Below, in pieces: positions 40,276 to 49,523 of a stretch of DNA of 64,000 nt (positions are counted from its first letter, which is position 1; every line of letters starts with the position of its first letter). Both the position numbers and the translations under genes were made by a program. The notes under the pieces are model-generated. The model saw only the letters and a program-made list of their open reading frames with translations, was not told the DNA's origin and searched no databases. Origin of the DNA: an uncultured Candidatus Binatia bacterium (lineage in GTDB: Bacteria; Desulfobacterota; Binatia; Bin18); assembly GCA_965214605.1 (NCBI GenBank), contig OZ243961.1, positions 3,968,001-4,032,000 of the forward strand. Direction: 5' to 3'.

Positions 40276-40825
40276 GGGGGATAAGGGGGGCTGGCATCAG
40301 CCCCCCTCACCCTTACTGAAGATGGACACGCCCGGGCGGCGTATTAAAGCCGAAGCCCAATACTAGAAGGTATCTGCATCGCGGTCAGTGTTGATAAATC
40401 GCGTCCGCGCGGCAATCGTCAGCTCCTGAATCAGCGCAGGTCTGCTGGCTCGTGAGCCGGGTTCGGCGATGTGAACCGGGTCGGCCATCATACTCGGCAC
40501 TGCTCCACCACCGCCGGTCGAATGTCAGGCCTGTCGTTCCCAATACCCCTAATGCATACGGGAGCGTGTGGTGATGGGTCTGGGTAAGACAAGTGAGGAA
40601 GACTGCTTCTTGAACAAAGTGCAGCTGGAGTCAGTCGAGATAGGAGCCAATAAGACGTCTCTACGCTTGTCGGTGTACAGAGATAGGGGCTCTCTGGTCG
40701 GTTCTAGGTTATCCAGGACTTTCGAGAGCCGGACAGCGCTAATACTGAAGCTTTCCACGTTTGCTCCCGTGGACGCGGGGACTTCTCTAGGTGGTGAGAG
40801 CTGAGCCTCGCTCCGCATTCTCGCC

Positions 40826-41323
40826 TCATACATGATAGATGTCCAACACGGTCTCAATCTCGTCGTTCAGCACAATAATCCTTTTTTTGGCGATTTTGAG
40901 ACGGTCTTGCGCGGGACGGAGGACGTATTCGTAAAAGCCAAAATAGCTCGCCGCCTGCTGGCGTTCGGTCCGATACAGGTTGACCTGCCAGTGGGCGGAG
41001 ACGTGCGGTTGCTGGTCGACTATGTCTGTTACCCGGATATTGGTCACTAGATGACAGGTCCGGGGCATAGGGACCGAGGCGATTGTTGTGCCCGACTCAA
41101 TCCGCCACACCCGGTCTTCTAGACCTGAACGATCCTTGTAGTAGATCAGCGACAGCTGCGAACGCGGATCGTCGGTCGGTTGGTTTGTGTCGTCCCAGGC
41201 CGGAATCCAAAACTCGGCATCCTCAGTATAGAGCGCTAGCCACTCGGCCCAGCGGCGTTCGTCGAGATAGGCGGCTTCTTCGTGCAGCAGGTCTGCACAC
41301 CGGGGCAACAGATCAGACATCAT
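40826..41323 (-). CDS. Aromatic ring-hydroxylating dioxygenase beta subunit (BenB/AntB-like)
   Basis: EAAYLDERRW.EWL..Y...FWIPAW, LIYY..R.GLEDRV.RI, RTCHLVTN, LDIYHV. Confidence 0.93.
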   Translation of the reverse strand: MMSDLLPRCADLLHEEAAYLDERRWAEWLALYTEDAEFWIPAWDDTNQPTDDPRSQLSLIYYKDRSGLEDRVWRIESGTTIASVPMPRTCHLVTNIRVTDIVDQQPHVSAHWQVNLYRTERQQAASYFGFYEYVLRPAQDRLKIAKKRIIVLNDEIETVLDIYHV

Positions 41324-42731
41324 GCCGTTCTCCAGTGTCGTTGGCCTGAGTCGCGCCTTGACGCATGAGTGTGAGCCACTGCCGGTAGTGGCCATGGTAG
41401 ATTATCTCGTCCCGGAAGTCAGGGGTACTTGAGGCAGGGGTGAACCCCAGGGCTCGGGCCTCGGCGTCCGGGCCCTGGACCAAGCGTCCGGCGCCGCGCA
41501 CGTAGCCCTGCTGCCAGCGGACCTGGCGACCGTTATAGCCTCGCTGGCAGGCCTCAAAGGCGGCCAGATCGTCCGGCGTACCCACGCCGCTGGCGTTAAA
41601 AAAGTCTTCATACTGACGCAGGCGGTGTTCGCGCATTGCGGGCGTTTCGCCGACCGGCGCTATGCAGTAGGTTGAAACACGCGTTTTATCCGGCGCTAAA
41701 GGATGAATAACCCGGATCTGGGTCGAGATCTGGTCCATGAAGAAGACGTTGGGATACAGCAGCAGGTTGCGCAGTCGTTCCATCATCCAGCGCGCCCGGG
41801 TTTCCCCGTAGCGGCTTACCATCTCGTCCCGGCGTTTGTATAACGGTCGGACCTGAGGGTTGGGATAGTCGGTCCACAATAGCGAGTGGCCATGGCCTAG
41901 GTCGTAGCTACCGGTGGCCAGAGTCGAGGCCTCGAGCTGTTGGACGTCGAGGGCTTTAACCGCATCGTGCTGGGCGGCCGCTCGGCGCTGAATAACGCCC
42001 AGGAAGCTGCGGTGTACCACGTCAAAGTGGTAGCCATCGACCCCATTTTCGACCTGTAACTTCCAGTTACCGGCAAACGTGTAATCAGCACTTCCCCGCA
42101 GTACCTCTAAGCCCTCAGGAGCTTGGTCAGCCAGCATATCGATAGCCGTACGGGCAGCACCTAGATGCTCGTCTAGCTCGGGGACATTGGGGTTCAGGCT
42201 GGCAAACACAAAACCTCGGTAATTGGTCAGGCGCGGGATACGCGATAAGCCGTGATCCTGGCTCTCGAACAGAGCCGGATAGGCCCCGCTATCCCGGTCT
42301 TTTACACTGACCAAGGCGCCGTTGGTATTAAACGACCAGCCATGATAGGGGCAGGTCAAGACCTTCTGATTGCCCCGCTTGGCCAGACACACGGTTGCTC
42401 CCCGATGCGGGCAGGTGTTAATAAAACCGCCGATTTCACCCGTCTGGTTGCGCATCAGGAGGATTGGCTGGCGCCCCATGGTGGTGGTGAAGAAATCGTT
42501 AGGCCGGGGGAGCTGGCTCTCATGGGCGACGTATACCCAGCTGCCCTCAAAAATATACTCCATCTCTAACTCAAAGAGCTCAGGATCGGTGAACAGCGAG
42601 CGGTCGATGGTAAAGAAGCCCTGTTCGGGCTGATCGACGATATACATCTGGAAGTCCCGCTGTAGGGGGTGTTTGGATGTCAAGGCCCGCCCGTTGTGGG
42701 CGACACGTGGGGCAACCGTAGGTCTAGTCAT
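41313..42731 (-). CDS. Rieske aromatic ring-hydroxylating dioxygenase alpha subunit (benzoate/anthranilate 1,2-dioxygenase-like)
   Basis: CPHRG...CPYHGW Rieske site, ENGVDGYH...H mononuclear Fe site, QYEDFFNASG.GTPDDL. Confidence 0.94.
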   Translation of the reverse strand: MTRPTVAPRVAHNGRALTSKHPLQRDFQMYIVDQPEQGFFTIDRSLFTDPELFELEMEYIFEGSWVYVAHESQLPRPNDFFTTTMGRQPILLMRNQTGEIGGFINTCPHRGATVCLAKRGNQKVLTCPYHGWSFNTNGALVSVKDRDSGAYPALFESQDHGLSRIPRLTNYRGFVFASLNPNVPELDEHLGAARTAIDMLADQAPEGLEVLRGSADYTFAGNWKLQVENGVDGYHFDVVHRSFLGVIQRRAAAQHDAVKALDVQQLEASTLATGSYDLGHGHSLLWTDYPNPQVRPLYKRRDEMVSRYGETRARWMMERLRNLLLYPNVFFMDQISTQIRVIHPLAPDKTRVSTYCIAPVGETPAMREHRLRQYEDFFNASGVGTPDDLAAFEACQRGYNGRQVRWQQGYVRGAGRLVQGPDAEARALGFTPASSTPDFRDEIIYHGHYRQWLTLMRQGATQANDTGERHDV

Positions 42732-42877
42732 ATGTCTCCCTCCTTGCCAGCATGCCTGTCACTATGGCGCGTCTGAGTCCAAATAAAAAGAGACGTGTTC
42801 GGGTCATAGAGATGAGGAACAGGAGCAGACGAAAAGACAAAGATCGGCTATGAGAATTGTCCAGAGGTTTTTTGCCT

Positions 42878-44644
42878 ATGACTACTCAAGAGCCAATTCT
42901 CAGCGAACATCATCTGCTCATCTTTCTTCTCCAAGTCCTGCTGTTGCTAACTCTGGCCCGGGGGTGTGGAGAACTCCTGCGCCGTTGGGGCCATCCTCCG
43001 TTGGTCGGAGAAATTCTGGTCGGCGTCTGCTTGGGGCCGACTTTGCTAGGCCGGCTCGTGCCCGGCATGCACTCCTCCCTCTTCCCATCTGATCCCATAC
43101 AGCAGGCGATGTTGGAGACGGTGTCCTGGTTCGGTGTCTTGTTTCTGTTGCTGGAAACAGGCCTTGAGGTTGATGTGTCGGCCGCCTGGCGCCAGCGTGG
43201 CCCTGCGCTGCGGATCGGCATTATCGGGGTCATCGTCCCGCTCCTCGTTGGCTTTGGGCTGTCGCTGTTGCTCCCCGAGAGCTATATCTCGGCGCCCGAA
43301 CACCGCGTCTCCTTTGCCCTCTTTTTGGGCACGACGATGGCGATCAGCGCCATGGTTATTATTGCCCGGGTGTTGCACGATCTGGATCTTATCAAGACCG
43401 ACCTAGGCCTGCTGACCCTGTGTGGCTATGCCGTCAACGATATCCTGGCCTGGGTTATCTTTAGCCTTGTCTTGGCTGCCGCAACCCAGGCGGTCTTAGA
43501 TATCGGCTCGGTCACCGTGCTGTTGCTGGTCACCATCGCCTTTACCGGGTTGTGTCTGACGGTCGGACTGCGGATGGTTGATCGGTCGATTGCGTTTATC
43601 AACAGTCAACTTCCCCAGCAGCCCGGCGCGGTCCTGTCGTTCGTGTGCTGTCTGGGCCTGCTGTGCGGGGCGATTACGGCCTGGATTGGCTTAACCGCCC
43701 TGCTTGGTTTCTTTTTGGCTGGGATCATGGCTGGCCAGGCCCACACTCTGTCCGAACGTATTCGCCAGATTCTGACCCAAATGGTTCACGCGATTTTTGT
43801 CCCGCTGTATTTTGCCGGTATTGCCCTACGGGTTGATTTTTTTGAAAATTTTGATGCCTTTCTGATTGTTTTTGTGACCGTGGTGTCCATTGGCGGAAAA
43901 TATCTCGGCGCCTGGCTCGGCGCCTTTGGCACGGGGCTGTCTCGGGTTGACCGTATTTCGATCGGCATTGCGTTCACACCCAGCGGGGTGACCGGCATCG
44001 TGGTTGCGGCAGTGGCGCTTGAGTATGGAATTCTGACCGTGCCCGTTTTTGTGTCGATTATTTTTTCGGCCATTATCTCCTCGCTGCTGGTCGCCCCGTG
44101 GCTGATGTGGTCGGTGCGGCGCCGCCAGGAGATCCATATCCTCGAATTTTTCCTCCGTCGAGCGTTGATTGCCAACCTACGCGGCAGCACCCGCCAAGCG
44201 GTCATTCAAGAGCTATGTCGGGCACTGGCCGACCACACACCGCCCAGTCAGGGTATTTCTCCCGACAGCGTCTTCGCTGCAGTAAACGAACGGGAAGAAC
44301 TGATGGGAACCGGGCTGGGAAGCGGACTGGCCATCCCCCACGCTCGGCTGACGAGTCTGAGCAAACCGTTGCTGGTGTTTGGCCGCTCCAGGTATGGGAT
44401 CGAATGGGACGCGCCCGACGGCCTGCCTGTCCATCATGTCTTCCTGCTGCTGACGCCTGTTGCCGATGATGGGTTGCAGCTCCAAATCCTGGCTGCCCTA
44501 GCGCGGACAATGAGCCAGGAACAGATCCGCACTCGCCTGGAACAAGCCGAAGATGAGCGCGCAGTGTGGCTGGTTTTACAGGAGGCGCTGCAGGGACAGC
44601 AGTTGGTCTCCACTAAGACCGGTCCGAGGACTGCTTCGGCTTAG
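42878..44644 (+). CDS. CPA2 cation:proton antiporter fused to a C-terminal PTS EIIA-2 domain
   Basis: VGEILVG..LGP, GLE.D, VND motifs; C-terminal REE.MGTGLG.GLAIPHAR...WDAPDG.PV. Confidence 0.92.
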   Translation: MTTQEPILSEHHLLIFLLQVLLLLTLARGCGELLRRWGHPPLVGEILVGVCLGPTLLGRLVPGMHSSLFPSDPIQQAMLETVSWFGVLFLLLETGLEVDVSAAWRQRGPALRIGIIGVIVPLLVGFGLSLLLPESYISAPEHRVSFALFLGTTMAISAMVIIARVLHDLDLIKTDLGLLTLCGYAVNDILAWVIFSLVLAAATQAVLDIGSVTVLLLVTIAFTGLCLTVGLRMVDRSIAFINSQLPQQPGAVLSFVCCLGLLCGAITAWIGLTALLGFFLAGIMAGQAHTLSERIRQILTQMVHAIFVPLYFAGIALRVDFFENFDAFLIVFVTVVSIGGKYLGAWLGAFGTGLSRVDRISIGIAFTPSGVTGIVVAAVALEYGILTVPVFVSIIFSAIISSLLVAPWLMWSVRRRQEIHILEFFLRRALIANLRGSTRQAVIQELCRALADHTPPSQGISPDSVFAAVNEREELMGTGLGSGLAIPHARLTSLSKPLLVFGRSRYGIEWDAPDGLPVHHVFLLLTPVADDGLQLQILAALARTMSQEQIRTRLEQAEDERAVWLVLQEALQGQQLVSTKTGPRTASA

Positions 44645-45579
44645 TTGAAGGGGAGACACAACGGTGCCGATACCACGGTGAGCCACGAGGTCGGCGCTCT
44701 GCCGATCATCTCTGGTTGGGTAAGCGACATCGCTGTCGTCGGTCTGGATCGAAAACCCGAGGAGTCCCGATTTGCACGCCGCCCAAGGCGAAGTTGGCAA
44801 AGCTCCGAGCGTAACGTGCGGTATGGACCGTACGGTGGCTGATGGGTCCATCTCATTCCATGAGGCCAAGGACTGCTACTCCCCCAGCTTGGTCGCTAGC
44901 ACTGTTGCACCGAGCAGTCAGCCAAAGGCGCAATACTCTTCCCACGGGCTACTCCTAGCCGCGGTGAGTGGAGTCAACGGGAGGCCGAACAGCGTCTGTA
45001 AGGTCCAGCAAACCAAGCTGGCTGCGCAAGCGGAGCGGCGGGCTGACCAACGAAATGGGTCTCACGGCCAGTGCTTCGCTACCTGTTGCTCCTGGGCTAT
45101 GCTTAAACAACGAAGCCAAGAAGGCGCTCAGGTACGACGCGACGGTCCCCACGACGACGAAGATAAAGCCCGTCCGTTAGCCTCAAGCAGCTATGGACCA
45201 AACACATAAGGACCATAATACTGGTCAGCTGACAGAGCCGCTGGCCTTGGGCAGATATGGGCCAAACACTGGCTGCTCCGTTGGGTAGAGGGCAGTCCCC
45301 GGATAGCGACGACCCAAGCGGTGAATTCGACGAGGCTGATGACGGGCGGGAAGGCGAAAAAGAAGCCGGCAATAACACCTGGGAGGAAGCAAGGAGCCCC
45401 GGTCAGGTAGCGTGTTGAGATGAGCTACCGGCCACCGGACGATAGGGCGGCAATACTGATGAGAACATCGCTGAGACTGGTGAACTGATGCATTGAGACG
45501 GATCCGCGGCGGTGAACCGGGAGCACTCGGCCCGCGCGTATTCGCGAGACACGCTTGGGTGAAGACAAGACTCAACACG

Positions 45580-45969
45580 TTATTCCAGTGGCCGTTCAAG
45601 CAGTCTGACAATCTGGACGTGGCCGTGTGCTCTGGCCAAGGATAGGGCGCTCTGTTCGGTAAAATGATCCGTCAGGTGTGGATTGGCTCCGGCCGCAAGT
45701 AGGGTCTCAACCGTCTCGATATGGCCGTTGCTAGCTGCTCTCATCAGGGCCGTGCGCCCCATTGCGTCGGTGACATCAGGGTTCATCCCACCCCGCAAGA
45801 ACAGCTCGACGATCCGGGTTCCGCCCAGCTCGGCATAAGTCAGAAAATGCGCCTGGTCCCAGCGTAGCCCATACAAGGCAAGTTCTCTGCGGGCCTCTTC
45901 GGGGCTTGGACCACAGCCGAGCAAAAGTAGATATCCGAGCAGCAGCCAACCGGAACGAGAGCTTCGCAT
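45580..45969 (-). CDS. Ankyrin-repeat lipoprotein
   Basis: Lipobox LLGC; GRTALMRAASNGH.ETV..LL.AGANP repeat. Confidence 0.88.
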   Translation of the reverse strand: MRSSRSGWLLLGYLLLLGCGPSPEEARRELALYGLRWDQAHFLTYAELGGTRIVELFLRGGMNPDVTDAMGRTALMRAASNGHIETVETLLAAGANPHLTDHFTEQSALSLARAHGHVQIVRLLERPLE

Positions 45970-45977
45970 TCGACTGC

Positions 45978-46250
45978 CTATGATCGGGCGTTACAGTTGG
46001 CCCGGCATGTTTTCAGATCTCGGTCAGCGGCAATATTGCAGTCCATCAGCTGATCCAAGGCCCCCTGTTCCAGCAGTTCGTCCCGACACACGGATCGGCT
46101 CGCGTCAACGGTTTTGGTACAGGACTCATAACACTGTTGCCTGGGGCTCAACTGTGGCTCGGGCGGGGCTTCTTCCGGCGACTGACAAGCGGTTAGCCCC
46201 ATCAGGCTCGTGCTTATGAGCCCCCCGATCATCGTCTTCCATATCCCCAT
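45978..46250 (-). CDS. Cysteine-rich lipoprotein
   Basis: Lipobox LTAC; six further Cys spaced Cx3C-x10-C...C-x10-Cx3C. Confidence 0.75.
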   Translation of the reverse strand: MGIWKTMIGGLISTSLMGLTACQSPEEAPPEPQLSPRQQCYESCTKTVDASRSVCRDELLEQGALDQLMDCNIAADRDLKTCRANCNARS

Positions 46251-46263
46251 GCTATCCCTTTGC

Positions 46264-46299
46264 AAAAAGAAAAGGCAGGAAGCTGCTACGCTCCTGCCT
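46264..46299 (-). terminator. Rho-independent terminator after the amidohydrolase
   Basis: AGGCAGGA...TCCTGCCT stem with a T-rich tail on the minus strand. Confidence 0.65.
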
Positions 46300-46342
46300 C
46301 TTGTCTGTGGGCTGTTATGATTATGAGTTGAGACTGGGCTGA

Positions 46343-48022
46343 CTACGTGTTCGACCGCAATACCTGACCCGGCATCGCCCCGGTATGCTGGGCGTCCTGG
46401 TACAAGACTTCACCGTTCACAATCGTGTGGAGGACGCCGTGGGCCGGCATCACAAGACGACGGCCGCCGCCCGGTAGGTCGTGGCGCATCTCGGGCCGTT
46501 TTGGCGAGCCAATGGTGTTGGCGTCGAAGATGGTGATGTCGGCTGCTTTGCCCCGTTCTAGCGTCCCGCGGTCCCGCACGCCAAAGAAGGCGGCCGGCTC
46601 TGCAGTGATCCGCCGGACTGCATGCTCTAAGCTTATGGCCTGTTTTTCACGAACCCAGTGGCCGAGTAGGTAGGTGCAATAGCCGGCGTCGCACAGCATA
46701 TCGACGTGGGCACCACCGTCCGAGAGCCCGATGAGGGTGTTGGGGTGGTTGATCAGCTCGGCAACCCGGTCTTCGCTAGCGTTAAATAGGTACATGACGT
46801 ACTGCAGGTTGAGCCCGTCCTCAATGGCTAAATCTAGGAAGGTATCAAGACCGTCGGCGCCCCGTTCCTGGGCCACGGCGGCGACCGTCTTGCCCTCATG
46901 CTGTTTGAGCGCGGGGCTGACGGCTTCGTGGACAATCACCCGGTCCCACTGTCCGGCAAACACTCGGGGTTCGTCCATGGTCTTGCGGAACGCCTGCCGA
47001 AAGGACGGCTCACGGTACAGCGCGATCTGCTCTTCAGCCGTTCTGTTAAATGCCGCATTCCATGACGGGAGGTTGGCAAAGATAAATGGGTTGTGCAGGT
47101 TGACCTGGACGCTCAGGGGGCGCGGTGAGACCTGGGGCACAACGCCGCGCTTAATCAGCGGCAGGGTCCGTTCCAAGGTATCCATGCACACATCGGGCTT
47201 ATCGTCCCGCGATAGCAGGGCCAGCCAGGTCACCGGGCGGTTGCTGGAGCTGGCCAGGTGGTCCAGCAGCGCGTAGTCGCTCTCTGACACCACGCCTGGG
47301 TTGTCGTTGAGCGCGAGCTCAATTGTGCCTCGACCCAGATCTTTGAGCACGCCACCGTACGCAGCCAGCTCTTCTCGGCTGGCCAGCCGGCAGGCCAGCG
47401 GCCGCCCCTGATAGCCAATATGCTGAGGGCCGTTGGTGGTTGAAAAACCAAACGCACCAGCCTCCATCGCTCCTCGCAGCAGGCTTGCAATCTGGGCTGT
47501 CTCTTCAGGCGTGGCCGCCCGATCCATAGACTCTTCGCCCATGACATAGTGCCGGAACGGGGTCAGCGGAGCCATGAAGCCGAGATTGATGCCTGAGCCG
47601 CGTTTGGCAGCGGCATCCATATATTCGGGAAAGGTTTCCCAGTCCCACGTCACGCCTTGGGATAAGACCTCAAAGGGAATCGCCTCGACGTTGACCAGAT
47701 CCCAGGCTGCAATCTCCCGCACGTCCGGCTTACACGGCGCCAGACCCACGCCACAGTTCCCCATAATGACGCTAGTGACTCCGTGCCAAGACGAACAGGT
47801 AATGACCGGGTCCCAGCAGATCTGGGCGTCGTAATGGGTGTGGGGATCAAAAAAGCCGGGCGTCACAACTAGATCCGAGGCGTCAATGACTTTTTTCGCA
47901 CCCTCGGCGATTTTACCAAGGGCGGCAATCTTGCCGTTGGCTACCGCCACATCCGCGCGATAACGCTGCGCCCCGGTCCCGTCTACAACCGTCCCGTTTT
48001 TAATCAGCAAATCGTAGGTCAT
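46343..48022 (-). CDS. Amidohydrolase, N-acyl-D-amino-acid deacylase family
   Basis: PGFFDPHTHYDAQ, HGVT...GNCG, SDGGAH. Confidence 0.92.
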   Translation of the reverse strand: MTYDLLIKNGTVVDGTGAQRYRADVAVANGKIAALGKIAEGAKKVIDASDLVVTPGFFDPHTHYDAQICWDPVITCSSWHGVTSVIMGNCGVGLAPCKPDVREIAAWDLVNVEAIPFEVLSQGVTWDWETFPEYMDAAAKRGSGINLGFMAPLTPFRHYVMGEESMDRAATPEETAQIASLLRGAMEAGAFGFSTTNGPQHIGYQGRPLACRLASREELAAYGGVLKDLGRGTIELALNDNPGVVSESDYALLDHLASSSNRPVTWLALLSRDDKPDVCMDTLERTLPLIKRGVVPQVSPRPLSVQVNLHNPFIFANLPSWNAAFNRTAEEQIALYREPSFRQAFRKTMDEPRVFAGQWDRVIVHEAVSPALKQHEGKTVAAVAQERGADGLDTFLDLAIEDGLNLQYVMYLFNASEDRVAELINHPNTLIGLSDGGAHVDMLCDAGYCTYLLGHWVREKQAISLEHAVRRITAEPAAFFGVRDRGTLERGKAADITIFDANTIGSPKRPEMRHDLPGGGRRLVMPAHGVLHTIVNGEVLYQDAQHTGAMPGQVLRSNT

Positions 48023-48111
48023 GTATCACTCCTTACCTGAATACCCAGAAATACCCCTCCCGTGCTCCCTATCCTGTCGAAGAGGAGCCGTCAAGCTTGC
48101 ACAGCGCGTCT

Positions 48112-48882
48112 CTAGCTCGGGGGCAGTCCGACCCCCGGATACACCACGAGCAGCAGTCCGAGCCCGATCAGAGCAAGTCCAACGCCTTTTCCTAGCACCG
48201 CGCCGTGGGGCACCACTTTTTCCACAAAGATGACAAGGGCCAGAATGCCCATCCACACCAGGTTCATCGTGCCCACCACAAACATTACTGTCATCAGGCT
48301 CCAGCAGCAGCCCAAACAAAAGGCCCCGTGTCGAAAGCCCATCCGAAGCGCCCCCCACGCCCCCTCCTGCCAGTGCTGAAGCAAAAAGCCGAGCGGCGAG
48401 CGACACTGGGTCAAACACAGGTATTTCAGGGGCGTGAACTGGTAGAGCCCGGCAACGATAAGCAGGCCGCCACCAAAAGCCATACCATACGCCCGCAGGC
48501 TAGGAAACGCAGAGGGCAAAGATTGAATCGCCACATCACCCGCGTACGCCAGGCCGCCGGTTAGAGTCCACACCAGCGTGTAGCCGCCAACAAAGATCCA
48601 GGCTGGCACAAACGGGGCAGCCTGTTCCCGTTTGCGGCGTGAGATGGTCGAGAACAGCACGACCATGGGTACGACAGACGGAAACATCATGGCCACCATC
48701 ATGACGCCCCACAGGAGAATATACACCCCGGCGTTGGCGACCGAAGCGGAGCGGCCCATTGTCATACTAGGAGTCATCAGACTCAGGCCCGGGCCGCCCA
48801 TCTCGCGAACCGTGATCACCCAGGCCACAATCGACACCGCAGCCAGAGCGCCAACAATGATAAGGCTGTCGCGGCTGCGCAT
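48112..48882 (-). CDS. DUF2182 predicted metal-binding membrane protein
   Basis: W.VMMVAMMFPS, AGLYQFTPLK..CL..CRSP, G.FCLGCCW.LM, EK. Confidence 0.93.
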   Translation of the reverse strand: MRSRDSLIIVGALAAVSIVAWVITVREMGGPGLSLMTPSMTMGRSASVANAGVYILLWGVMMVAMMFPSVVPMVVLFSTISRRKREQAAPFVPAWIFVGGYTLVWTLTGGLAYAGDVAIQSLPSAFPSLRAYGMAFGGGLLIVAGLYQFTPLKYLCLTQCRSPLGFLLQHWQEGAWGALRMGFRHGAFCLGCCWSLMTVMFVVGTMNLVWMGILALVIFVEKVVPHGAVLGKGVGLALIGLGLLLVVYPGVGLPPS

Positions 48883-48888
48883 GAGCGC

Positions 48889-49494
48889 CTAATTCTGCCA
48901 GCTGAACGGCGCAAAATGCCCGTTCGTTTCGCTTACATCCCAGACTAAGTTGTGGTCGGCGTAGCGGTAAGCTCGAGACTGAGCCAGGGCCAGTTTCGAC
49001 GACACCGGATGGGCGGCGTTGGTCGCCCACAGCGGCTCACTGCCGTCCCGACCGGTGATTGCCTTGATATCGATGTCGAGGATGTCGGGGATGCTCAGCC
49101 GGCGGGCGTTGCCGTCAATGTCATAGCTGATCGGTGCGCTTGTGACGCCTAAGAAATTGCTGACAAGCGAAAAAACCATCTGCATCGGTCCGCCGGCCTG
49201 ACCCGAGTAAATGGCGCTGAGTGCTTCCCGTTGAGCCTCGGACGCGGCGGCGTCCACGTACACCGCGGCCGTCCAGTTGCCCTCGATCATTTTGCCAGGA
49301 CCGGGAAAAGACGCCACAAACACGGCGTTCAAGCCGTTGAGGGCGGTTTGGCCGTAGCTGCCCCGGTCAATATGAAAGGCCAGGGCCGCATCGCAGCGGC
49401 CGCGGGGCGGCCTGGCCTGAACTAAGCAGGGGCATACCAGGTCACAGTTACACGATTCAAAATAATCACCGCTCAGCGTCCATTGTTCTGCCAT
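48889..49494 (-). CDS. DUF1326 domain-containing protein
   Basis: W.L.GDYFESCNC...CPC...G.C, GNW...YVD..A...QREAL..I.SG.AGG. Confidence 0.93.
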   Translation of the reverse strand: MAEQWTLSGDYFESCNCDLVCPCLVQARPPRGRCDAALAFHIDRGSYGQTALNGLNAVFVASFPGPGKMIEGNWTAAVYVDAAASEAQREALSAIYSGQAGGPMQMVFSLVSNFLGVTSAPISYDIDGNARRLSIPDILDIDIKAITGRDGSEPLWATNAAHPVSSKLALAQSRAYRYADHNLVWDVSETNGHFAPFSWQN

Positions 49495-49523
49495 ATCTCC
49501 CCCTGTGTCGTGCGAGGCGCGGC

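Noticed and set aside
40284-40307. AGGGGGGCTG/CAGCCCCCCT hairpin as start of a repeat array
   Set aside because: Single copy without a T tract or spacers
44805-44845. CGTACGGTGG resembling group II intron domain V
   Set aside because: Catalytic triad helix cannot be paired; no domain VI or RT ORF
45380-45410. GGAAGCA and TCAGG resembling SRP RNA
   Set aside because: Motifs are in the wrong order and lack the helix-8 tetraloop
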